Shown piece by piece: positions 19,732 through 29,060 of a stretch of DNA of 64,000 nt (the first letter of the stretch is position 1; the number at the start of each line of letters is the position of its first letter). The DNA comes from Burkholderiales bacterium (GTDB lineage: Bacteria; Pseudomonadota; Gammaproteobacteria; Burkholderiales; JAHFRG01). The DNA lies in the NCBI GenBank assembly GCA_035518095.1, contig DATIXX010000020.1, positions 697-64,696 of the forward strand, read 5' to 3'. The notes beneath the pieces are model-generated. The model saw only the letters and a program-made list of their open reading frames with translations, did not search any database and was not told the DNA's origin. A program made the position numbers and the translations under genes.

Positions 19732-20483
19732 CGCAGCTTGGCGCCATTATCATCGGCGACGAGATTATTAGCGGCAAGCGCCAGGACCAGCATTTTGCTC
19801 AAGTCGTTCACGCGCTCAACAAGCGGGAGTTGGGACTTAGCTGGTGCGAATATCTCGGGGATGACCCGCAGCTAATCACATCCACCTTGCGGCGGACCCT
19901 CGCCACGGAGGATATCGTTTTTTGCTTTGGCGGCATCGGCGCCACACCCGATGATCACACCCGGCGCTGCGCGGCGGAGGCCGCAGGTGTGGAACTGTAC
20001 CGCCATCCCGACGCGCTTGCAGAATTGGTGGCACAGTTTGGCGACGCCGCGTATCCCAAACGGGTATTGATGGCAGACTTGCCTCGAGGCAGCCGCATCA
20101 TTCCCAATCCCTACAACCGCGTGGCCGGTTTCAGCGTGAAGCATCATCATTTTCTCCCCGGATTTCCGCAAATGGCATGGCCGATGCTGGAGTGGGTACT
20201 GGATACGCATTACCGCCACCTGCAGTATTTGGGGCGCGGCGCGGAGCAAGCGATCATCGTGCCGGGCGCGATGGAAAGCGTGCTCCTGGATCTGATGAAT
20301 GACTGCGTGGCGCGCTTTCCAGAACTCAAGTTATTCAGTCTGCCGCATCTTGCGCCGGGTGAGCGCTGGATCGAAATCGGCGTGCGCGGGGACAAGCAGC
20401 AGGTGCCGCAAGCGATGCGGCTTCTAAAAGACGGCGTAACGGCGCTGGGCTTCAAATGGGAAAAAGGGCAAAGCGGCGGCTGA
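19728..20483 (+). CDS. Molybdopterin-binding (MoCF_biosynth/CinA N-terminal-like) domain protein
   Basis: GAIIIGDEIISGKRQD and FCFGGIGATPDD are present. The start overlaps the CBS gene stop. Confidence 0.7.
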   Translation: MTQLGAIIIGDEIISGKRQDQHFAQVVHALNKRELGLSWCEYLGDDPQLITSTLRRTLATEDIVFCFGGIGATPDDHTRRCAAEAAGVELYRHPDALAELVAQFGDAAYPKRVLMADLPRGSRIIPNPYNRVAGFSVKHHHFLPGFPQMAWPMLEWVLDTHYRHLQYLGRGAEQAIIVPGAMESVLLDLMNDCVARFPELKLFSLPHLAPGERWIEIGVRGDKQQVPQAMRLLKDGVTALGFKWEKGQSGG

Positions 20484-20652
20484 GCATTTCCGCTAATCTT
20501 TTCCCGTTTTTTAATTCTCTGCTGAAGCAAAAAGCCAGGCGAACCTGATTTTTTTGATATCAAGCCCGGGCGTTATTTTTTATCTCGCAATGTGTTATAA
20601 ATGCAACGATGCGTCCCAGAATGACCGCATTGATGTTTTGCCAAGGCTAACG

Positions 20653-21426
20653 ATGTGCCAGTTGCTGGGCATGAATTGCAACGTGCCTACCGACATATGT
20701 TTTTCTTTCGAGGGATTTCACTCCCGCGGTGGCGGAACGGACCACCATGGCGACGGCTGGGGAATCGCTTTTTTTGAGGGTGCGGGCTGTAGGCTGTTTC
20801 TTGATTCCAAGCCCGCGGCGAAATCACCGGTAGCGGATCTGGTGCGTAAATATCCCATTCACTCGCTCAACGTAATCGCGCACATCCGCAAGGCCACGCG
20901 CGGCGCGGTGTGTCTGCAGAACACTCACCCCTTCATGCGTGAAATGTGGGGGCGCTATTGGATCTTCGCGCACAACGGCACGCTCAAGGACTTTTATTGC
21001 CCGCTGAACGGAAATTACCGCCCTGTCGGCACGACTGACAGCGAGCATGCTTTCTGTTTCATGCTCGAGACCTTGCGCACTTTGTTCCCAAATGGACAAC
21101 CGCGCGCTGAATCTCTTTATAACACGGTCAAGAACGTGACTCGCGACTTGGCGCACCACGGTGTGTTCAATTACCTGCTTTCCAACGGCGAATATCTTTT
21201 TGCCCACTGCGCTGATAAGCTTTCCTATGTACTGCGCCATGCGCCGTTTGGCCGTGCACACTTGAAGGACCAGGATATCACTGTGGATTTCAGCCGGCTC
21301 ACCACGCCAAATGACAAGGTGGCGGTGATCGCTACATTGCCGCTAACCGACGACGAGACCTGGACCACAATGGCCCCTGGCGAGCTCCTGATGTTCAGGG
21401 ACGGCGAGCCCTCGGCTAGTACTTGA
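20653..21426 (+). CDS. Class II (Ntn) glutamine amidotransferase, YafJ-like
   Basis: MCQLLGMN places the Cys2 nucleophile directly after the ATG at 20653. HGDGWGIAF and FAHNGTL are also present. Confidence 0.8.
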   Translation: MCQLLGMNCNVPTDICFSFEGFHSRGGGTDHHGDGWGIAFFEGAGCRLFLDSKPAAKSPVADLVRKYPIHSLNVIAHIRKATRGAVCLQNTHPFMREMWGRYWIFAHNGTLKDFYCPLNGNYRPVGTTDSEHAFCFMLETLRTLFPNGQPRAESLYNTVKNVTRDLAHHGVFNYLLSNGEYLFAHCADKLSYVLRHAPFGRAHLKDQDITVDFSRLTTPNDKVAVIATLPLTDDETWTTMAPGELLMFRDGEPSAST

Positions 21427-22075
21427 GCGCCAGAGTAAGCCCGTCGGCAATCGGCAGCAGTGACAGCGCAATCCGCGGGTCATGAAGCAGCTTGCCGTTA
21501 AACTCGCGCAGCGCCACCGTGTCCGCTTCGCGATTGTCGGCTTCAGCGACGCGGCCCGACCATAAAGTATTGTCGATCGCGATCAATCCACCGGTTCGAA
21601 GTAGCTTCAGACAATGTTCGTAATAAGCGAGATAATTTCCCTTATCGGCGTCAATGAAAGCAAAATCGAAGGTGCCGGCGTGGTTTGCGACAAGCAACTC
21701 GCCCAGCGTCTCAAGCGCAGGCGCGAGGTGAAGGTCAATTTTCTGCGCCACACCCGCTTCTTTCCAATAGCGGCGCGCAATCCGCGTCCACTCGTCATTT
21801 ACATCGCACGCAGTAATTCTGCCGTCCGGCGCCAATGCCAGGGCAATACAGAGCGAGCTGTAACCGGTATAAACGCCAATCTCCAGGCATTTTTTGGCGC
21901 GCATGAGCCGTACCAGCAGCGCCATGAATTGTCCCTGTTCCGGCGCAATCTGCATGCGCGCCATCGGGTCTTTAGCCGTCTCATTGCGTAATTTGCGCAG
22001 AATCTCGGGCTCGCGCAGCGACACCGACAACAAATAGTCGTATACGTGATCGGCCAAGGAAATAGTTTTATTCAT
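21416..22075 (-). CDS. Class I SAM-dependent O-methyltransferase (caffeoyl-CoA OMT family)
   Basis: KCLEIGVYTGYSSL (SAM motif I), FDFAFIDADK and DNTLWSG are present. The start overlaps the gluQ stop (ATGA). Confidence 0.8.
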   Translation of the reverse strand: MNKTISLADHVYDYLLSVSLREPEILRKLRNETAKDPMARMQIAPEQGQFMALLVRLMRAKKCLEIGVYTGYSSLCIALALAPDGRITACDVNDEWTRIARRYWKEAGVAQKIDLHLAPALETLGELLVANHAGTFDFAFIDADKGNYLAYYEHCLKLLRTGGLIAIDNTLWSGRVAEADNREADTVALREFNGKLLHDPRIALSLLPIADGLTLALKY

Positions 22076-22995
22076 GATTTAAGCGAATTTGCCTGCAGAG
22101 CCCGAGCCTTGGGAATGTTTCGCGGTTGCCAGTGGCTGATCGCCCAGTTCCAGAGATCGTGGAGCGTGCCTCGCGTAAGTTCTTGCGGCGGCTTTTGACC
22201 GAGAAAGCACAGAACCTGCCATAGCCATAATAACGCCTCCGCCTTATTCACTGCTGGCGCGAGAGTCTGCTTGCTTAGCTTCTCTCCCGCGCTGTTCAGC
22301 GCTACCGGCAGGTGCATGTAATTCGGGGTCGGGTAGCCCAGCAGCTTTTGCAAATAAAGCTGGCGGGGAGTCGAGCTCAGCAGATCGGCACCGCGCACGA
22401 CATCGGTGATTCCCTGTTCCGCGTCGTCAACGACAACAGCGAGTTGATATGCGTACACTCGGTCTGCGCGGTACAGCACGTAATCCCCGACATTGATTTC
22501 GAGGCGCTGCGCCACGCATCCTTGTACTATATCGATGAATTCAACAAGCTGCCGGTCGGTTCTCACGCGCCACACGCGCGCACTGCGCTGCGGCTGCAGT
22601 CCGTTGCGGCAGGTACCCGGATAAACGGGGCCGTCAATCCCCGCGATTGCCGAATCTGCTATTTCGCGGCGGCTGCAGGCACAGGGATAGATCAAACCGC
22701 GGTCTCGCAGGCTGTGCAGCGCGGCATGGTACGCATCGCGACGCGTGCTCTGGTAGACAATTTCACCGTCCCATTGCATCCCGCACGCCTCGAGCGTTCG
22801 CAGAATGTCATCGCCAGCGCCGGGCTCCTCGCGCGGCGGGTCCAGATCCTCAATGCGCACCAGCCACTCGCCATTGCGGCTTCTTGCCTCTAGGAAACTG
22901 CCGACCGCAGCAACCAAGGAACCGAAATGCAGCGGCCCAGTCGGAGAGGGCGCAAAGCGGCCACGGTAAGGCGTGGGTTCTTTGGTTATTGCCAC
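22072..22995 (-). CDS. gluQ: Glutamyl-Q tRNA(Asp) synthetase
   Basis: GRFAPSPTGPLHFGS (HIGH-type), LVRIEDLD, the Zn-site Cys cluster (CACSR...GTCR) and KLSKQ are present. The GTG start at 22995 overlaps the fhcC stop by 10 nt. Confidence 0.9.
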   Translation of the reverse strand: MAITKEPTPYRGRFAPSPTGPLHFGSLVAAVGSFLEARSRNGEWLVRIEDLDPPREEPGAGDDILRTLEACGMQWDGEIVYQSTRRDAYHAALHSLRDRGLIYPCACSRREIADSAIAGIDGPVYPGTCRNGLQPQRSARVWRVRTDRQLVEFIDIVQGCVAQRLEINVGDYVLYRADRVYAYQLAVVVDDAEQGITDVVRGADLLSSTPRQLYLQKLLGYPTPNYMHLPVALNSAGEKLSKQTLAPAVNKAEALLWLWQVLCFLGQKPPQELTRGTLHDLWNWAISHWQPRNIPKARALQANSLKS

Positions 22996-23798
22996 ACTAG
23001 GATTTCACCTGTTCCCGAGTTGGCGACGTCGCCCATGTAGCGGCGCACGCTTGAGTGCGGTTCAAGCAACGCGAATTTGGTGTCAAGCGAGTGCCAGGAT
23101 TTAATGAGCAGCGTCAGATAATTTAGATGATGCGCGCCGCAATCGTTGAAAGTAGCGGGTAATTCCGCCGGCATGGAATTGAGCAGCAGAGTGCCGCGCC
23201 TCATTCCGAAGCCAGCGCCGCGTGCCGCTGTTCCCAGCACCGCAATAGTGCCAGCGATCATGCGCGACGCGCAAAAATCACCGCAATTGCCCTCGATCAG
23301 TACTTGTCCCCGACGCATGTGGTCGCCCGTGCGATCCCCGGCATTACCGGTGACGATCACGCGGCCCCCGTTCATGCCGTGCCTCTCACCGGGGATCGCC
23401 GCCGCGAGAAAATCATCAGCATTGCCGTGAATGCGCAGCAGGCCGCTTATCATGCCGCTCGCAGCATAAGCACCGGCGTTGCCGTGCAAGGTGATAGCGC
23501 CCTTTTTCATGGCGTACGCCAGGTAGGCGCCCGCATCACCGTGTATCGTGATGCTGCCGATGCTCATCGCTTGCCCGATCCGGTCGAGTTTGCAACAACT
23601 GTTATTAATTATCAGGCTGGATGCGTCATTACCACTCACATCGAAAAGCTCGCCTACCCGCAGCCTGCGGTTGCCGCACACAAGTTCTATGGCGGAAATT
23701 TGCGCATGGGTTTTCCCTTTAAGAAAATCGGGCGTGAGCGGGGACAGATCGACACGCTGGCGCGGCGTCTCTTTCAATGACAAAGTCAACGCGCTCAT
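22986..23798 (-). CDS. fhcC: Formyltransferase/hydrolase complex subunit C (FwdC-like)
   Basis: Repeated G-rich beta-helix motifs are present (HGDAGAYLAY, HGNAGAYAAS, TGNAGDRTGDHMRRG, EGNCGDF). Confidence 0.9.
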   Translation of the reverse strand: MSALTLSLKETPRQRVDLSPLTPDFLKGKTHAQISAIELVCGNRRLRVGELFDVSGNDASSLIINNSCCKLDRIGQAMSIGSITIHGDAGAYLAYAMKKGAITLHGNAGAYAASGMISGLLRIHGNADDFLAAAIPGERHGMNGGRVIVTGNAGDRTGDHMRRGQVLIEGNCGDFCASRMIAGTIAVLGTAARGAGFGMRRGTLLLNSMPAELPATFNDCGAHHLNYLTLLIKSWHSLDTKFALLEPHSSVRRYMGDVANSGTGEILVWQ

Positions 23799-24691
23799 GA
23801 CATGATTTGACGCAATTGAAAATTAAACTGTCCAAGCTTGCCGCCGTAATTGCCCGCGGTGACGCGGCGTATGCCGTTTTTGACCCCGAGCCCGCACACT
23901 GCTGCAATGCCCGCCTGCATGGCGCTGCGCACATCGGCTTCAGTCAATCCGTCAATAACGATTTCCAGCACCGCGTGCACTTCTTCGGAAAGTTCTGATC
24001 GTGTGATGCCGCGAATAGTCGGACAAAATGCATCGTTGGTGGAGGCCATCAGCGTTTTGTATTTGGAGCCGACTTTAGAGCCCGAGCGCACCACACCGCC
24101 AGGGAAGGGCATAATGACGTTGGGCACTTTGCGCATGGCTTCAATAGCCGCCTCACCCGCAGCGAGCGCCTGCGATTGGGATTCCGCGAGAATCAGGAAG
24201 TTCCCTCCACCCACTGCTTTTACCATGCCGGTTGTTTCTTCGCACAGAAACTCGCCGTCCATTACCGGCACGCGCCACAACCGTTTGCCCCCGATCAATT
24301 TGGACGACTGGAACCCGTCCCCGAAATAACGCAGATTCTTGCCCAACGGTAATCGCTCGCCTTCCGAAATTCCGGCAAACGCGGCGCTGGTGGGAGAGGT
24401 CAGTACACATTGCCCGATGCGCCTTTCCAGTTGTTTCGCGAGCTCCTTGCCTGAAACCGCGAATAACAAAATCGCCGCGCCCGGTCGCCCGTCCGGCGTA
24501 TCCTCAGGTTCGAGCTTGCGTTCAATTCCAGCCTCGCAGCCGCAGGCAATGACCGAGGTGGCAAAACCGGTGGCCGCGTTGGCCGCGTGATAGGCCCATT
24601 TGAGATTGTATGCGGTGATGACGACGCGTGTCGCCTTCATGCCGAAGGCTTCAGCAAACGTGTCGTCTATAGTGACGCCGTTAATGACCAT
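23795..24691 (-). CDS. fhcD: Formylmethanofuran:H4MPT formyltransferase (Ftr)
   Basis: 298 aa; MVINGVTIDDTFAEAF..., the Ftr-like length, and its position in the fhc cluster support the call. Confidence 0.9.
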   Translation of the reverse strand: MVINGVTIDDTFAEAFGMKATRVVITAYNLKWAYHAANAATGFATSVIACGCEAGIERKLEPEDTPDGRPGAAILLFAVSGKELAKQLERRIGQCVLTSPTSAAFAGISEGERLPLGKNLRYFGDGFQSSKLIGGKRLWRVPVMDGEFLCEETTGMVKAVGGGNFLILAESQSQALAAGEAAIEAMRKVPNVIMPFPGGVVRSGSKVGSKYKTLMASTNDAFCPTIRGITRSELSEEVHAVLEIVIDGLTEADVRSAMQAGIAAVCGLGVKNGIRRVTAGNYGGKLGQFNFQLRQIMS

Positions 24692-24780
24692 GATAGTTTA
24701 CTTATCTCTGAACCGCGGAGACGCGGAGGCGCTGAGAAGACAAATGTTTACTCTGCGTCCCAGAGCCTCTGCGGTAAAAA

Positions 24781-26451
24781 TCATGTTTGTTTGCGGCAGG
24801 GATGCGACAGAAGCTTGTTAGCGTGTCCAAATTCCTGCATCTCGTCATCACTGATTTTGAAATTGTCCATCCGCATCGTCTGGTAGCGTTCGAAATAAGT
24901 TTTAAGCGGCTGCTCAATGCTTTTATCGTACTCAGGTTTTACCACATGTGTATTGCCCCAGGAAACTTTGGTTATTTTGCCGTTTTGAACCACCAGTTCG
25001 CCGTCCTTAAACACATAGCGGGGCTGGGCGAACATTTTTTGCTTGTCGGCATCGTCGCTGTAGACGGTAATATCGGCGCCCGCTCCGGGACCGAGATGCC
25101 CGCGGTCGGTAAGGCCCAGGATTTTCGCTGGGGCGGCGCGAGTCATGATGGCGATTTCATAAAGGGAATATTCGCGCGTAAGACTTGCCAGCGTGCTTTC
25201 CGCGGCAGCGTCAGGGTTAATCGTGTCGAGCATGCTGTTTCGATAGGTCTTGTCCATGAGCAGCTTAATCAGGTGGGGGTAACTCATGAATGGCGCGCCG
25301 TTAGGGTGATCGGTGGTGATGAAAATGCGCCATGGGTCGCTGACCATCAGGAAAATTTCAAGGCCGATCGCCCATTGCAATGCATTGACGAAATTCGTGT
25401 CGCGATAACGAAACGGCACCACACCGCAGCCGGCATCGCACTCGATGTCCATCACGACCCATTTTTTTGGGCGGCCGAACGGCGCATTGCGGAACTGCGT
25501 CATGCTGTCGCCGGAAGCGGTGACGGTCTGGCCAAACATGATTTGCCCCACGTCTGTGGAAATGTTTTTGTTCTGGTTAATCGCCTCGGCGACGCGCGCG
25601 GCACCCGATGAAAATTTCCGGTCACCCTCGGTTCCATAGCTGTGGAACTGGATATGGGTAAGATGCATCGGCAAGCCTTCGGCAGCTTTTACGGTTTCCA
25701 ATGTGGTTGCGACATTTCCCGGTACGCCGAGATTGCATCCGTGTACATGCAAGGGGTGCGGTACGCCAAGGTCGCTGAGCGCTCGCGCCAAAACCGTGAG
25801 AATCTGGCGTGGCGTCACCTGATAATAGGAATGGTCCTCATCCAGGTCCATCGCGCGCTGGTTGAATTTAAATGCCGAGATGCCTCCAGGATTCACAACC
25901 TTGATGCCGATGCAGTGCGAGGAATTCAGCGTCCACGCCACGTAATCGTTGATCGCTTTTTGATCGGATTTAGCGGCCATCATTCTCAGTAGGAAATCGT
26001 CGCTTCCTAAAAGCGCGTAACCGCCCTTGTCCACGATGGGCGTGTCGCCCATTTCCATGTGCGCCTGGCGCGCATTCATCGGCAACACCGCCGGCTCGAA
26101 GCACGCGGTATAGCCCATTTCCGCATAGCGATAGCCCGTGGTAAGCGTGGCGGGCGCCGCATGACCGCAGCCGGAGCGGGTGAGCGACGTGCGCGCAACG
26201 ATGTCGCGGCGATGGTCTTCGGGCAGCATCGCGCGCGCGATATTCACTTTTCCCCCGCCTATGTGGGTGTGCAGATCTATTGCGCCCGCCATCACGATGT
26301 GCCCGGTCAGATCGTACTCACAGTGCGTGCGCTCATCGTGAACAGGCGCGGCGACGATACGGCCATCGCGCACATATAAATCCCGCACTTCCCCGTTCAC
26401 CTGATTGGCGGGGTCGTAAACTTTGCCGCCTTTGAGTTTCGTGAGCATCAA
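24781..26451 (-). CDS. fhcA: Formyltransferase/hydrolase complex subunit A (FwdA-like amidohydrolase)
   Basis: 556 aa with the metal-dependent hydrolase motif AIDLHTHIGGGKV and FwdA-like overall features. The start overlaps the fhcB stop. Confidence 0.9.
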   Translation of the reverse strand: MMLTKLKGGKVYDPANQVNGEVRDLYVRDGRIVAAPVHDERTHCEYDLTGHIVMAGAIDLHTHIGGGKVNIARAMLPEDHRRDIVARTSLTRSGCGHAAPATLTTGYRYAEMGYTACFEPAVLPMNARQAHMEMGDTPIVDKGGYALLGSDDFLLRMMAAKSDQKAINDYVAWTLNSSHCIGIKVVNPGGISAFKFNQRAMDLDEDHSYYQVTPRQILTVLARALSDLGVPHPLHVHGCNLGVPGNVATTLETVKAAEGLPMHLTHIQFHSYGTEGDRKFSSGAARVAEAINQNKNISTDVGQIMFGQTVTASGDSMTQFRNAPFGRPKKWVVMDIECDAGCGVVPFRYRDTNFVNALQWAIGLEIFLMVSDPWRIFITTDHPNGAPFMSYPHLIKLLMDKTYRNSMLDTINPDAAAESTLASLTREYSLYEIAIMTRAAPAKILGLTDRGHLGPGAGADITVYSDDADKQKMFAQPRYVFKDGELVVQNGKITKVSWGNTHVVKPEYDKSIEQPLKTYFERYQTMRMDNFKISDDEMQEFGHANKLLSHPCRKQT

Positions 26452-27731
26452 CGGGATTCCAGCACTTTTTCAATTTCAGCGGCAACTTGAGCCACCGAGG
26501 GCAGCGCACTCTCGCGCAGCTTTCTTAGCGGCAGAGCCACCACGTTGTCGGTGCGATAAATGTGCCCCGAATGATCAACACCGGGTGTGGCCACGGGTAT
26601 ATAAACGCGCGGTTCTTTGCGGAATTTCATGCCCCTGCGCCCGAGAACTGCCACTGGAACCGAAGTCTCCGGCGGTGTGTTTTTCTCATTGAAGCTGGAG
26701 ACCCATAACAACGCATCCGCCTCGTTTTCCCTGAGCATGCGCTCGGCAGAAAAGTGACGCGGATCGTAATAGGGCCCCCCGCTTGCAAATCCCGTGCGCA
26801 CCGGAAAACCGCACTGCCAAGTGCAAACTTGGTTGGCGGTCACATCTCCTTCGTTGCCGCCTAATGGAAGACCGCAAAAACGGGTGCTACGATTCAGATC
26901 GTTAACCAGCCCGCACAGACTTTGCACGGCAAGTTCCGCGTGTTTGAAATCAAAATCTGCGGCAGCCCAAGCAAGCACGCCATAGCGTGCGGCTTGCATG
27001 CGTGCTGCAAGCTTCTGCAATTCCTGCAACGGGACGCCGGCAATTCGAGTAGCCTGTAACTGCCTTCCGGCGATTAGACATCGCAAGGCCCCCGCGACTT
27101 CACCGATGCGAGTGATATCGCAGGCGATGACAGTCGGTTTCCGCCCGTCGGGGGCGGTTCCGGCTTGCGTGTCCAGTCCCCGTCCCAGATACACGACTTC
27201 ACGGGCGTTGCTGACAAACAGATGGTCGCGATTCCAGACATAACGTTCAAAAAAGCGCGGAAATCGGCTCGTGACATCCGTTCCCGCAAGCACCAGCAAA
27301 TCAACACGGTTTTTCAATTCGCTTAAAGTTGTAGTAACCCAGCCGCTATCCTGAAGCGCAAGAATATTACTCATGAGATAAACGCTGTTCATGTGATCTA
27401 CTACTGCGCCTATGCGATCCGCCAATTGCATTAGCGCCCGCATGCCCGCGACATCGGTGCCCAAGCCGGCGACAAGCGGTTGTTTTGCGTTGCCAAGGAA
27501 ATCGGCAACCGCGGCTGCCGCGTTATCGAGCGAAGCAGTTTTTCCGGCGATCTGCGGAGCGGCGGGTTCGGACAAACTTAATGTGGCGAACGCCCTGCTG
27601 CTGATGGGACAGCCGTTCGCAATGACCTCAAGCTTTCCGGAATGCGTGGTGATGCGCAGATCGTCGCAAACCAGTCCGCAAAACGGGCAAGGTACTTCGT
27701 CCCACATTCCGGGTGATAAAAATTGCGTCAT
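26448..27731 (-). CDS. fhcB: Formyltransferase/hydrolase complex subunit B (FwdB-like)
   Basis: 427 aa with an N-terminal CPFCGLVCDD Cys motif and a molybdopterin-oxidoreductase-like fold. It is the first gene of the fhcBADC operon. Confidence 0.85.
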   Translation of the reverse strand: MTQFLSPGMWDEVPCPFCGLVCDDLRITTHSGKLEVIANGCPISSRAFATLSLSEPAAPQIAGKTASLDNAAAAVADFLGNAKQPLVAGLGTDVAGMRALMQLADRIGAVVDHMNSVYLMSNILALQDSGWVTTTLSELKNRVDLLVLAGTDVTSRFPRFFERYVWNRDHLFVSNAREVVYLGRGLDTQAGTAPDGRKPTVIACDITRIGEVAGALRCLIAGRQLQATRIAGVPLQELQKLAARMQAARYGVLAWAAADFDFKHAELAVQSLCGLVNDLNRSTRFCGLPLGGNEGDVTANQVCTWQCGFPVRTGFASGGPYYDPRHFSAERMLRENEADALLWVSSFNEKNTPPETSVPVAVLGRRGMKFRKEPRVYIPVATPGVDHSGHIYRTDNVVALPLRKLRESALPSVAQVAAEIEKVLESR

Positions 27732-27986
27732 GGAAATATTTCGCTTGCCGAAAGAGGCGGATTGTAGTGGTTAGGCACGCCCAATACCAGCCTATAATGC
27801 GCAAATGGGTCTGCCGTGCGCGATGCAAGCTCCGAAATTTTGCTATATTCTAACAATATATCGATGGCTCGGCAGCGCAGCAAAACCGACCCTAATGCGC
27901 TGATAGAGTGACACCCTGTTCCGCGCCTGTCGCAATGACAGTTTTATCTTGTGATGACCGGCTTGAAATACAATGATAAAAATGAA

Positions 27987-28002
27987 TGGCATAATAGTTG
28001 CT
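27987..28002 (+). promoter_or_regulatory. Sigma-54 (-24/-12) promoter candidate upstream of mptG
   Basis: TGGCAT-aatag-TTGCT matches the consensus TGGCAC-N5-TTGCW with correct GG/GC spacing. It is intergenic, 29 nt upstream of the mptG ATG. Confidence 0.55.
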
Positions 28003-28030
28003 GAACGTTTTAGGTTTAAATTAAGAGATA

Positions 28031-29038
28031 ATGAACGGCTTGGCAAGCGCCGATAAAGAAGTTCAAACTGTAGTTGTGGAGGCCCCGGCGCGCTTGCACC
28101 TTGGCTTCATGGATTTGAACGGTGCCACCGGCCGGCGCTTTGGCAGCTTGGGCTTGACGCTGGAGGGGTTTAGCACACGCATTTACGCGGAACGCGCTGC
28201 GACGTTTTCGGTAGAGGGCGCACAAACGCAGCGCGCCATGCGAGTTCTGCGGCGCTTGCAGGAACGGCTGAGGTTGGACGGCGCGGTGCGAATGGCGGTG
28301 GTGCAGGCAATACCCGAGCACACGGGTCTCGGATCGGGCACGCAGCTTGCAATCGCCGCCGGCATCGCGGTCACGCGCCTTTATCAACTCAGCCTCAGCG
28401 CCAGAGAAATCGCTGCATTGCTGGACCGTGGAAGCCGCTCCGGCATTGGAATAGGGGCATTCGACCACGGCGGATTTCTCATCGATGGAGGGCGAGGCGA
28501 AAGCGAAGAGCCTCCGCGCATCACCAGCCGCATCACTTTCCCGTCAAACTGGCGGATATTGCTGATTTTCGATTTACGGGCCCAGGGTCTGCACGGCGCG
28601 GATGAGGAGAGGGCCTTTGATGCCTTGCCGCTGTTTCCGGAGGCAAGCGCCGCGCACTTGTGCCGCCTGGTACTGATGCATTTAATGCCGGCCTTGGCGG
28701 AGGCCGATGTTCTGGAATTTGGAAAAGCGGTAAGCGAACTACAGCGCGTGGTCGGCGACCATTTTGCGCCAGCGCAGGGCGGACGCTATGCGAGCCGGAA
28801 AGTAAGCGAAGTGCTTGCGTGGCTCGAACGTCAAGGCGTGAATTGCGTCGGGCAGAGCTCATGGGGGCCCACGGGATTTGCCGTAGTGGATTCCGAAATC
28901 TGCGCAGGCAAGCTGCTGTGCGAGGCTGAAAAGCGCTGGGGCGCAGATAATGCGCTGCGCTTTAAAGTCTGCGCCGCGCGCAATCGGGGTGGGGAAGTGC
29001 TGCTGCAGCAACGCAGCATCAAAACCGGGACGATCTGA
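28031..29038 (+). CDS. mptG: Beta-ribofuranosylaminobenzene 5'-phosphate (RFAP) synthase (GHMP-kinase fold)
   Basis: VVVEAPARLHLGFMDLNG, IPEHTGLGSGTQLA and GQSSWGPTGF are present, and the gene sits in the H4MPT cluster. Confidence 0.85.
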   Translation: MNGLASADKEVQTVVVEAPARLHLGFMDLNGATGRRFGSLGLTLEGFSTRIYAERAATFSVEGAQTQRAMRVLRRLQERLRLDGAVRMAVVQAIPEHTGLGSGTQLAIAAGIAVTRLYQLSLSAREIAALLDRGSRSGIGIGAFDHGGFLIDGGRGESEEPPRITSRITFPSNWRILLIFDLRAQGLHGADEERAFDALPLFPEASAAHLCRLVLMHLMPALAEADVLEFGKAVSELQRVVGDHFAPAQGGRYASRKVSEVLAWLERQGVNCVGQSSWGPTGFAVVDSEICAGKLLCEAEKRWGADNALRFKVCAARNRGGEVLLQQRSIKTGTI

Positions 29039-29060
29039 TAAACAAGTTCTCAAGGGACTT

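Noticed and set aside
20173-20188. A sigma-54-like TGGCAT-ggccg-ATGCT.
   Set aside because: It lies inside the CinA-like coding sequence (..QMAWPML..), about 480 nt from the next gene start, and has an imperfect -12. It is most likely coincidental.
24714-24773. Repeated heptamers in the 89-nt fhcA-fhcD spacer that look like a 9-bp stem on the plus strand: CGCGGAG twice at 24714-24720 and 24722-24728, and CTCTGCG twice at 24751-24757 and 24767-24773.
   Set aside because: The genes are transcribed from the minus strand. There, the plus-strand G-T wobble becomes an A-C mismatch, which breaks the stem into 3 + 5 bp. That is too weak to call a structure.
27908-27913. The TGACAC hexamer in the mptG upstream region, and again at 39583-39588. 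It resembles the core of the xoxF direct repeats, which would suggest a shared regulator motif.
   Set aside because: A 6-mer is expected about 30 times by chance in this window on two strands, and the flanks do not match the 20-bp repeat.
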